Source: Iphione sp. A-MEVVRFRX5 (taxonomy: Eukaryota). Taken from it: DNA of 64,000 nucleotides. The position numbers and the translations under genes are program-made. The first letter of the stretch is position 1; each line of letters starts with the position of its first letter. The notes under the pieces are model-generated. The model ran no database searches, was not told the origin of the DNA, and was given only the letters and a program-made list of their open reading frames with translations. The DNA is taken from positions 112,282,001-112,346,000 of the forward strand of contig OZ320313.1 of NCBI GenBank assembly GCA_976226885.1, in the 5' to 3' direction. This document shows positions 1 to 10,006 of this stretch, piece after piece.

Positions 1-1330
1 ATCTTATCTGCAGTTGGAAAATTGTTTGAACGGTTGATCTATAGCCAAATCGTTACTGTCATGGAAGACCGGGCATTGTTATCGAATCTCCAGCATGGTT
101 TTTGTAAGGGTAGGGGGACATTGCCACAGCCGTCCTGTTAAAAGGAGCTTATGAAGCACTCGATACCGGTAGACATTTTGGAATTGTTCAAATAGATTTG
201 TCAAAAGCGTTCAATATCGTCAATCATAGGATATTAATCAAAAAGTTAACATTAATGGGATTAGCGTGTAGTAGGGTTGAACTGTTAAAATCTTATCTAT
301 TATATAGATTTCAATATACACCTTGCAATGGATATAAATCCCCAAGTCAACTGCAAACAATGGGTGTGCAGCAGGGCAGTATCCTTGGCCCCTTACTATT
401 CTCGATAATGATCAACGATATAACTAGCGACTTGTCTTCCACTAGTGCCTTTGTCTATGCAGATGACATTACACTATACTCAGCTGCCAGTAACATTGTC
501 TGCTTGAGACTAAGATTACAAAGAACGTTGAAAGAGATATCTGCCTGGGCAAATAGGAATAAATTAATTACTAATGAAAAGAATGGGATGGGCAAAAGTG
601 CAGGCTTTGAGCTAGATTTGAGACTGAATAGCAAACAAATATGATTAGAGTAGAGTCCCAAATTGCTGGGATTCAGGTTGGACCCTAAATTAAATTGGTC
701 ACCAATGGTAAATGAAATCTGTAAAAAAAGTTCAGTCAAGAAGCTATATGTTATCAAAATTTGCTCACAACCTTACGGCAACTGCTAGGCTATCAGCTTT
801 CCATGGCTTCATTGAACCACTGTTTGTTAATGGTTTAGCCTTCCTGGCAGGAGCAAATAGAAAGGGTACGCAAAAATTACAAATTGAGTATAACAACTCT
901 TTAAAAAGAACACTGTTAAGTGTAAATGCTAGGAAATCAGTCTCTGCAATACGCCTGATGCAGAAATATAACTTACCTCACCTGAGTACCCTGTGTAATA
1001 TAAGATGTGTACTTCTAATTTATAGGTTACAACAGCTGGGATATCTCCCTAAAAGGAAAGGAGGTAGAACGAGGACTGAAGGAGCTCCACAGATACCCCT
1101 ACCAAGACCAAAATAAACAATGATGAAACATAGCTTTATCTATACAGGGATAAAATTATGGAATACCCTGCCAATGGAGCAAAAAGTTAAGCAAAAACTT
1201 CAATCGAGACGACTGTTAAAACTCATTTAATACTTAAACTTGTCAACACTGTTCAAAGTTAAAACATTTTTTAATAACTGCGAAATCACCTTAATACCTC
1301 ATTTGTACTATTTGAGATGTGATTGAATGA
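1..1330 (+). mobile_element. Degenerate non-LTR retrotransposon (CR1/L2-like LINE): RT domain and 3' end, truncated by the window start
   Basis: RT motifs in broken frames: QHGF, IDLSKAFNIV, GVQQGSILGPLLFSIMIND, YADD (ORF 198-644). Post-RT region in ORF 712-1116 and SFIYTGIKLWNTLP near 1130-1170. Frameshifts and stops are present. Confidence 0.85.
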
Positions 1331-1344
1331 ACTCAAATACAATA

Positions 1345-1770
1345 GCCTTCCTTCTGCACTTCCTGCTATTCTATCTTTTCCTTCTTGTTTTCTTCCTTCT
1401 TTTTTGCCCTTTCAGTTCTCTTCCTCTCTTCGTCTTTCTCTTCCTTAATCCCATTGCCTCCTCAGCCTCTTTCTACTCCTACCAGTTCCCCTCTTCCAGC
1501 TCTAATATTCCTCATCCTAATCTGTCTATACCCTTCCCCGTTTCCTTTTTTCCTCTACCCAAACTGCCCGTTTCCTTCTCTGCCTCTTTCCCATTCTCCC
1601 TCTACACACACTCTCTCTCTCTCTCCTTCCAATTTATTCCCTCTTCTCTTTCTCCTACCTTCCTCCTCACCTCCGTTTATTCACTCAGTTCTCCTCGACC
1701 TTCTCTTCCCCTGTCAATTATTCTATGTCCTGCGCTTGCCCTCCACCTTCTCCCTCCTTCCTCGTAAAAG
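1345..1770 (+). repeat. Long C/T-rich low-complexity (polypyrimidine) tract
   Basis: About 420 nt dominated by C and T on the + strand. The overlapping ORFs are F/L/S/P-rich compositional artefacts. Confidence 0.85.
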
Positions 1771-2187
1771 TCCCGAAAGTAAATCGTTTACAAGGCCAGA
1801 ACTCCTTGGAACTAACTTTCAGATTCACCAAGGAGGCGGAATCTAGGTATATAACCCGTAATATTCTTATGACAAACACTTTGAAATATCGTGTTACTTC
1901 AAATATATTCTAAGGACGCGACTTTGGTGTCTGTTGCTTGCATTGTTTTATGTTAGAACTGAGCAAGACATTTGAAAATGACGAATGAAACGATTATAAC
2001 TAGTTGAAACTATTAAGTAATTACCATATTAGATCTTAACCGTCTTTCCAACATTCATAAGGAATTATCCAATAGATTAAAGTACGTTATATAATGCGAA
2101 CTATGGAGAAAGCCTAAGCTGTATTTTGTCCGTGGTCCTACTGACCGCCGCACTGGTTGTATCCACCAATCCAGGTATGAATTAAAC

Positions 2188-3303
2188 ATGGTTGGAAGGT
2201 ACGTAAGACGTGCCGTATATGGCTTACTGATGTGTATCTGTAGTTTTGTCTTGGTGATAGATGTTCTCTACGCATACCTCAGTATAGAGCCAGATCTCGA
2301 AATTAAACTCAATAGTATTTCCGGAAAGAAAGGTAGGCCTATGCAGTGGGGGATAGACGTGAATCGAAAGGGATATAATTTGCCTGCCGTGGAAGCAGCT
2401 GAGACGTTGTCGGAGGGGAGCCCAGAAGACCACAAACTCACGAGTGCATCCGGACCCATTCAAATACCGATGATCCTACACCAATTCTGGGACACAGAAC
2501 TGGTACCGTCAGCGTTCGTACCCTGGATACACAGCTGGATTAAGGCTCATCCTAATTGGGAGTATTGGTTCTGGACGGAGGACTTGGTTCGAGAGATGGT
2601 GGCCGTCCACTATCCAAACTACCTGGAACTTTTCAACGCCTACCCGAGTGTCCTCTACCGCGCCAATGCTATGCGCCTCTTTGTGCTTCATCAGTATGGA
2701 GGAATCTATGCGGATCTCGATGTAGAGGTCCTGAGGCCATTGGACGATTGGTTACGAAGGTATCCATGCTTTCTCAGTCTCGAAAATTACGAGCACGCCT
2801 TCTTCCATTATCAGAGCAATGAACCGTTAGTCATGAATACGCTGATGGCCTGCCGCGCTGGTCATCCATTTTTCAAATTAGCACTGACAACCCTTTCTAA
2901 GTCAAGTGACGAGCGGGACACTTTGGTTGCGAATGGTCCATTCTTCCTTGACAAGACTTACCAGAACTACAAGGCATCTGCAAGCCTTATTTATAAGGAG
3001 GATAGAATATTTGCTGTTCAGCCAAAATATTTCCTTCCCACCTTTGATCCAGTTCTTTTGGCTAAATTCCAAACGGCTTGTGTTTTCGCACACAGGTCCT
3101 CCCCCAAGGTGAAGTGGCTGTGCCAGCAGTTAATCCGGAGAAACTGGGAAAACCGGCCTTCGAGAGAGGCCTTTACACAGCACCACTGGTTTCATGTGAA
3201 GCAAAGGGATCCGGCATGGAAAACACGGGAGGTAGTGCACATTCGTCAAATTGTGCCTCACTTAAAGGATATCTCTTCACGTTTGAAGATGAGGTCCACA
3301 TAG
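2188..3303 (+). CDS. Glycosyltransferase family 32 (DXD sugar-binding; MIPC synthase SUR1/CSH1-like or alpha-1,4-GT-like), type II membrane protein, 371 aa, single exon
   Basis: Uninterrupted ORF with an N-terminal hydrophobic anchor (LLMCICSFVLVIDVLYAYL), IPMILHQFW (IPKIIHQxW-like), WEYWFWT, LHQYGGIYADLD containing the DxD motif, GHPFF, GPFFL, and a C-terminal HHW. Confidence 0.9.
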   Translation: MVGRYVRRAVYGLLMCICSFVLVIDVLYAYLSIEPDLEIKLNSISGKKGRPMQWGIDVNRKGYNLPAVEAAETLSEGSPEDHKLTSASGPIQIPMILHQFWDTELVPSAFVPWIHSWIKAHPNWEYWFWTEDLVREMVAVHYPNYLELFNAYPSVLYRANAMRLFVLHQYGGIYADLDVEVLRPLDDWLRRYPCFLSLENYEHAFFHYQSNEPLVMNTLMACRAGHPFFKLALTTLSKSSDERDTLVANGPFFLDKTYQNYKASASLIYKEDRIFAVQPKYFLPTFDPVLLAKFQTACVFAHRSSPKVKWLCQQLIRRNWENRPSREAFTQHHWFHVKQRDPAWKTREVVHIRQIVPHLKDISSRLKMRST

Positions 3304-3650
3304 GATTCCAAGGAGAGCAGTAACATGATCTCAATTGTCTCTATTCATCATTCATTATGTGGTTTGAAATGGCTGTTGACGGACAGTGAGTTCGATTATA
3401 AAGAAGAAAGTGTTTTGCAAGATTTGTAACTACCACCAAATGATATTTTGATGATGATGAAGTTCTATCACCAATAATTGACACTGTGATTTTAAGATGG
3501 CTTTGGCTGAATTCAGTAACCACCCCATCATTGAAACTCGACAGCCCAAACAATATCACGGGGTGTTTAAAAATCAAGTGAAAAAATCGACACAAACGAC
3601 ACAAACTGCCCATTTGAGGTGATGAAACCCCAGGAACATGATGTGGTACA

Positions 3651-3786
3651 CAGGCCCGTAGCCAGGGAGTTTTCTGGGGGGTATCGGACGATTTTTATTT
3701 TCCCATCCCTTTAAAAGCCAATACATAGTAATTGCTGTGGGGGGGTATCGGACGATACCCCTGATACCCCCTTGGCTACGGGCATG
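3651..3786. mobile_element. MITE family A copy 1 (CAGG-ended TIRs, 5-bp TSD)
   Basis: TIRs CAGGCCCGTAGCCA and TGGCTACGGGCATG, flanked on both sides by GTACA. Internal GGGGTATCGGACGATACCCC palindrome. Confidence 0.8.
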
Positions 3787-4418
3787 GTACATGAGCAAGT
3801 AGTAGAAGCATGTTGTAGAGGCCTGTTAATCTGAAGCAAGGAATACCGAGTGGTAGACCTTGGTGACACTGAATATCCAGATAGTGATCTAGCAAGGTTA
3901 GACGAATGGAGGTTAGGCATCATCCAAGAAGAAATTGTATTCCAAGGGTCACATGCACGGTATACCATGAGAGACAGTCTGGTAGATAAAGCCAGAAAGT
4001 ATCACTTGCCGGGCTGATCTGTTTGCAACCAAACCAACCTACGGCCACTGAGGGTCGTTTCTATTGGATTTGAGTATCGGTTACCTGGCAGAGGTGTGAG
4101 AGCAGCCACCCGGTAATCACCTTGACACCTTTAAACATCGTGTGAACACATGTGTTAGGGTTGTTTCTATTGGAATTGAGTATCACTTTATGGACAGAGG
4201 TGTGAAAGGGACCCAAATCAGCAGATTTACACAGTGTCAACGCGACCTGTCTTATGTCCTAGCTCAAAGTCTTGGGGAAATAGGCCTATTCATTGTCTAA
4301 GGTGTGAACTTTTCGTCATGATATATGAAGTCAGATTGGTATGCGACCAAAACCACTAATGTGACCACTTCAGCTTTGAATGGAAGTGTGGTTGCAAACC
4401 GGCCTTTGACTGTACTAA

Positions 4419-4763
4419 GGCCTAAAAAAAGTTTTGTGTTTACTCGGTAACAAGCTGAAAAAATATAGGGATGGTTGGTAGGTCACATTTTTTTCCTTTT
4501 TCTTTTTTTCTATGCTAAAAGCTCCTGAAAGCAGCAGATGTATTAGGCGATGCCACCCACTTATAGGCCTACTGGTTAGATCTTAATGAAACTTATTGCA
4601 AATGAAAGCTAGTAGCCCAAGGAACAATTTGATGTATAGAACATGTCTCTATCATGATTCATTCTGATTTACCCACAAAAACAAGAAAAAAATAAAAAGT
4701 TACAATTAGCTCTAATGTAGGGTCTGTTGGGTTACTAGAAACACAAAACTGTTTTACTAGGCC
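4419..4763. mobile_element. PIF/Harbinger-type (Tourist-like) MITE family B copy 1
   Basis: Imperfect TIRs GGCCTAAAAAAAGTTTTGTGTTT..GGTAAC and GTTACTAGAAACACAAAACTGTTTTACTAGGCC, with TAA on both flanks. 345 bp long. Confidence 0.7.
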
Positions 4764-6053
4764 TAAGGTTAACTGAGCCCTGAGAAGCATGCCAACCACA
4801 AAAGTTGCATGGACTCAGCATTTATTTTTAGTAAAGGAGCCCTGAGAAAACTGGTAAATTCCATGGCGCTGGGTCTCCCTTAACTTGAAGGATTTCCTTA
4901 CCATTGGAATTATTACTTTCGTTGTAAATAACAGAGGTACAACTGAGTCTGCTTCTTTACCAACACTTATGCCATGTAACAACTTGTGATTGACACTGCC
5001 TTTTATGCCACTACACTGTCATTCATCAACTGCATATATTCGAATGTCTCAAATAGTAGTTAAGTATTCAACTTTGATCTAAGTAACCAATGTCCTACAA
5101 TTTGCAGCCAAAAAGGCATTGGAAGAAACACTATTTGGAGGACATGTAAAATACACACAATTAGTCACCATGGACAAAGTACAATAGCTCCAGTGGGCTC
5201 TTTGATAAGACGGTTTTATGAGGATCCCAACTGTGGAATTCATGGGAATGGAAGGCCTTTATAAGAATTGCTAATGTGTACTTGGTATTTCTTTCTGAAC
5301 TTCTTCTACTAAAAAGGATGACTCCTACGGAACAGTCTCCCATGTGAACTGAAGTCAATACCTGAAGGCAGTTGTAAAAATTAAACTCAGAAATATATTT
5401 AAATCACGCCTGTTTCAAAACATATATATGTTGAATAACATGACCGTCTGCTAGATATTGCATTGTATGATAGGAATATCTTTTGATCATCAGCAAGCAG
5501 ATCCCAATGCAGTCCACAGCTTTCGTTTTCTAACATGTATTTACCATAATTTTATCTTTTCCTTGATTGTTATTTGTATCCGCTGAGAGGGCTAATCACA
5601 GCTCCTGACCTAGAATAGACCTGTGAGCAAGTAATGTTTTCCCAGGAGGTCACATGGCTGTTATTTTGAAACCTTAACATAATGGAGAAACTTTCCACTC
5701 AATAAAGCTTCAAATTGTACATTAACACAAAATGGACACTGCAGAGATGGACAGATGAATGCACATATAGACACTGCGTATCAATGTGGACTGACTGTCC
5801 TCTCTATCATTACTATTGACAGTTAGAGCACTGCTTTACACTTAACAACCGGCACTTTTCATATTTGTCTGCATTGCGGATAGGTTATTCTCCCGATGTG
5901 ATAAGAAAAGCTCTAACCACCTTATGGTAAAGGTGAGGTAAGGTGGAAAAGACTTTCTTGTCGCCATGGTTCCTACATCTTTCAATTTTTGACTGTAAAT
6001 AAAATCTTCAGCTTTAGATTCACTGAAATGATGGGATAGAGCACATCACATTC

Positions 6054-6225
6054 CAGGTCCATAGCCAGGAAGTTGTGTGTGGGGTATCAGACAATACCAC
6101 CAACACCCACTGGTGTCCATCTCTAATACAAGTCCCAGTGTCCATCTCTAATACAAGACTATATGTAGGACTTTTTGTGGGGGGTATCGGACGATACCCC
6201 TGATACCCTCTTGGCTACGGGCCTG
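6054..6225. mobile_element. MITE family A copy 2
   Basis: CAGGTCCATAGCCAGG at the left end and TGGCTACGGGCCTG at the right, flanked on both sides by CATTC. Carries the same internal palindrome as copy 1. Confidence 0.75.
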
Positions 6226-6409
6226 CATTCTACATCAGACAATATCAGAAAATGATTTTATTGTCACAAGTGCACTTTTCAATTTGTATATTTGTATATA
6301 AATATAATAATATAAGTACATATAAATTGTTGCCAAATACTTTGGTTAGCTGTGTTTTTGCACAGCATGGCATTGAACCTGTATTAAATTTTGGAATACA
6401 AAATAATTG

Positions 6410-7215
6410 ACATGTTTTACAGTCACAATATCTGTCAATCAAACTGTTCCATAGCCAACGATGTCATGCTATTTTGTCATGTGACTCATGTAACCAATCC
6501 ATGCAGACAACATTTGAGCAACACTGTCGCTCACGTGTGACTATATTAGAATTATGACTGTCACATGTCATTATGTAGTTATGTAAATGTATAGACATAA
6601 TATCTATTGAGAACATGCTGAGGCATCTAAATTTATTTGCAATGTCCAGAGGTTACACCAAAACTGAACACTCCAAAACCGAATTTCCCCAAATCTGAAC
6701 AATTTTGCAGGGACCAAATATTCTTCGCTATTAAGACACTCATATAACTGAACAATTCTATCTAAAATCCGAACAAATTTTGGATGAATTGGGACCATTT
6801 TTGCCAATTTTTGGATGAATTTAGACCATTTCTGCCAATTTTTGGACAAATTTGGCTGCATTTTGCCAATTTTTGGACAAATTTGTTTGAGTTTCACCGA
6901 TTTTCAGATGAATTTGGCTGACTTTTGTAGGTATGTCAATTATTATGGTAGGGCCTGGGGCCCTACTTAACAGACTAAAAATGACAGTGGTCCTAGGCCC
7001 CTATTTGAAATCTGAATTTTCTGAAATCCGGATGATTTCAGCAGAAACGGCGATTGTTCGGTTTTTGAATATCCTCTGTATATGAAAGTGTAGTACACTG
7101 ATACTGTGACTAGAAACTCTTTTTTTAAATTTTGAACATTGTACATGACCATAGTGAAAGTATGACTGTCATGTTGTGATGGGTGGCCATGGCTACGTGA
7201 CAGTACCGCAATGTG
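6410..7215 (+). repeat. Dispersed repeat, second copy at about 40425-40815; this copy is split by a roughly 480 bp insertion
   Basis: 6410-6595 aligns by eye to 40425-40615 (GACATTTGAGCAACACTG, AATTATGACTGTCA, TTATGTAAATG). 7090-7215 aligns to 40690-40815 (GTACACTGA..GTGACTAGAAAC, CATGACCATAGT). Confidence 0.6.
6770..6925. repeat. Minisatellite with a unit of about 31 bp, about 5 copies
   Basis: Units resemble CCAATTTTTGGAYRAATTT.G.C.ATTTYTG. It lies inside the insertion that splits the 6410-7215 repeat. Confidence 0.7.
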
Positions 7216-7762
7216 TCAATTAGTGAGCACCATCAATTAATGTATAGAACATAATTTTCCTCTTGATATGTCATGTATACCAGAACTGCATACTCTGGAT
7301 ACTGTCTTTAGGTGTGCTTGGTTATTATATTTAAAAAGAATAAATGGCGCCATAAATGAAGCAGAAAAAACAGTTTTACATGTTGATGTGGTGAGATGGA
7401 AAATGGGGTTTTTAAAGAGGTTGTAATCAAGGAGAACTATTAGGGGCGACTAGGACTGGTTGGCACATCATTTACCTTTTGGCCAAATACCCTTTACTAT
7501 TAAAGCAGTGTAGAATATAAACACCACGAAAATATCAGGTGATAGGAAAATTAGTATATGAGCCAGTTTTAAAATCTTACACTGTTATGAACGAAATGGC
7601 ACAATAATTTATGTACCAACCAATCCCACACCTTGAGTGAGTTTGTATACTTGTTGCTATAAAATACAAGTTGATATTGTAACAAATGCTATGAAAAACA
7701 ACCAGTACAACCATACAGTAAGTTCTCCTGTCTATAAGTGAGAGTACAGACTTCCCGACTAA

Positions 7763-8108
7763 GGCCCCCCCCCAAAAAAAATAGGTGTGTTTCTGGTAAC
7801 GACCAGCCAAAAACCTACGTAGGTAGGGGGGATATCATTTTTTTTTTTAGATTTTTTCCCACTTGCTTCCTCTGGTTTTCAATAATAATAAAGGCAATAT
7901 GAAAGAATGTTGACCAATCTGTATGAACTTTACAGTTTTTGGGTGAATTTTCATGGATTTTATTGTTTTTTACCAAAATATGTGTCATGAAAACACATAT
8001 CTAAGGAAATTCAGTCTTGAAAACTCTTTGGGGCCAAAAATCTTTTATGTAGGGTGAGGTTTTACTAGGTAGGGATGGGTTACCAGAAACACACCTATTT
8101 TTTTGGCC
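7763..8108. mobile_element. PIF/Harbinger-type MITE family B copy 2
   Basis: TIRs GGCC..AAAAAAATAGGTGTGTTTCTGGTAAC and GTTACCAGAAACACACCTATTTTTTTGGCC, with TAA on both flanks. 346 bp long. Confidence 0.78.
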
Positions 8109-8479
8109 TAATGATTTCCTATATAGAATAGGAAGAGTCCTTTTTTGATGGCCTTGTGGGCTGAAGGCCTGGATAGAAGTTACAAGTCTCTTCCTTTCAT
8201 AAGAATTGGATGAAATCATTAGAGTAGGTTGGTACAGTCTCAATTATACTCAAGTATAACAACCGACCCCAAAGTTGTCTGGAAATGTTTTGAGACTTCC
8301 ATTTTTTCTGGGCCCTTAGTGATGTTATAAAAGCGGACCTTAAATCTCTCCTTTAATTCTTTCTTAGTTTGGCCTACATACTGCTGGCCACATTTCTTGC
8401 ATGATATGCAATAAATCAGATTTTACCTGTTGCAGTTCACATTATATTTACTCGTATACTCCCTCTTTGTAGTGTTGCT

Positions 8480-9340
8480 TCTGATTCTTCCTATTTTATT
8501 GAGTTTGGGGCAATATCTGCAATTTTGTGACTTACAGCTATTGTTTCCGTTTTCTTTTTTATGTGCTGGTCTTTTTGGTCCTGGCAGTCTCGCTCGTGTC
8601 AATATATCTTTTAGATTGTTTGGTCTGCGTTATGCGGTTATGGGTCGGCTTTCCGTTAAGTGCCTTGTACTTTGTGACTTTTTCAGATATTCCCAGTTCT
8701 CGTTAACAACCTTTATTGTATGTTCATTCCCCGGTTGATATGTGGTGCACAGCACATGCACCTATTCTTTGTTTGTTGCATGTTGGGGTTCAACTAACAG
8801 CTTATTTCTGTCAAGAGAAGCCGCCCATTCTATTGCAGATAACAGCAGGTCCTCCGGATACATGCGTAATTTGAAATAAATAAATTTCTTGCTAGTATTC
8901 ACCAGATATTCCATGTCTTCACTACAAATGCGCCGGAGCCTAATTAACTGGCTGTACGGGATGCCTTTTTCATATGTAGGGAGTGCACTGATTTGTAGTG
9001 TAGATATGTGTTCTTGTCTGTAGGTTTCACATACACTGTGGAACGCAAATGTCCATTGTTCTTGTATACTTTTGTATCCATAAAACTCACAGTGGTTCTG
9101 CTTTTTTCCATAGTGAGCTTAATGTTCTCTTTGCAGTAATGTAGGTTACTGATAAACTCGTCCAGACCATCTTCTCCCTGGTCCCATATCATAAAAATGT
9201 CATCAGTGAATCGAACCCAGAAGTTTGGTTGTCTAGGGAGGCAGTTAAACATAAAGTTCTTCGTAATCGTTCATGTATATGTTAGCATGCATGGGTGCCA
9301 CTCTGGTTCCCATCGCTGTTCCTCCTACTTGGAGGTAGTC
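8480..9340 (-). mobile_element. Penelope-like element remnant (RT C-terminal half plus linker)
   Basis: Minus-strand translation gives VGGTAMGTRVAP-like sequence, VRFTDDIFMIW, VSFMDTKVY and TVYVKPTDKNTYLHYKSVH. Further on it gives NENWEYLKKS..RRPNNLKDILTRARL, which is typical of PLE RTs. Confidence 0.85.
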
Positions 9341-9415
9341 TCACATAATATATACATAATACATGTATAAACACAGAATACATTTACATGCATGTATTCC
9401 ATGTGCATACATGTA

Positions 9416-10006
9416 CAGTACGACGTCCTCTTGCAGACACATCAACAATGCGAACATGTATGAAATGTGGAAAATTTATGAAAGAACCGACTTCCTCTTC
9501 ATACATAACCTAGTTAGCTAAATGTCTCTAATCAGGACACCCATTTTAGGGCAGTGTCCCCCTAAAGACACTGTGGACCAATTGTTGTCACGTGAATTTT
9601 GGGCTGCAGAAAGACTTCAGGAGTCATTTTCAGACATTTTCCCAAATATCCTCTTACAGAAGATATGTTGCTGTGCTAATTTGGTGCCGCAGAGAGACTT
9701 CTGAAGTCATTTTCGAAGGTAGACATGAATAACTCACTGTGGACATTATTTTTTTGAAATGGTTTGGAGAACATTATGCAAACTTTCATTTACAACATTT
9801 TAATATTTTTTTTTAGATTTTTCAATGCTTTTATAATGTTTCTGTGTTGGCTGGGTTTACTAGTCAAATTCAGTACCTTTAAGACATTTACTTGTCGAAT
9901 TGTCCCCCTTTGCATATCCTACTTACAGATCTATAATCCGGCCACATCTGAAATCTGGACAATTTTAGAAAGACCCAAGGGTGTCCATAATTGGGACGTT
10001 CAACTG
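9416..10006. mobile_element. Probable Tc1/mariner-type non-autonomous element (CAGT ends, TA flanks)
   Basis: The left end TA-CAGTACGACGTCC..GACAC mirrors the right end GTGTCC..GGGACGTTCAACTG-TA. The TIRs are degenerate. Confidence 0.5.

Noticed and set aside
1327-1846. ORFs of 146 and 153 aa
   Set aside because: They are translations of the polypyrimidine tract and consist mostly of F, L, S and P.
4005-4045. ADLFATK peptide resembling a DIRS RNase H motif
   Set aside because: It is a single short motif, and I found no flanking DIRS RT or recombinase motifs.
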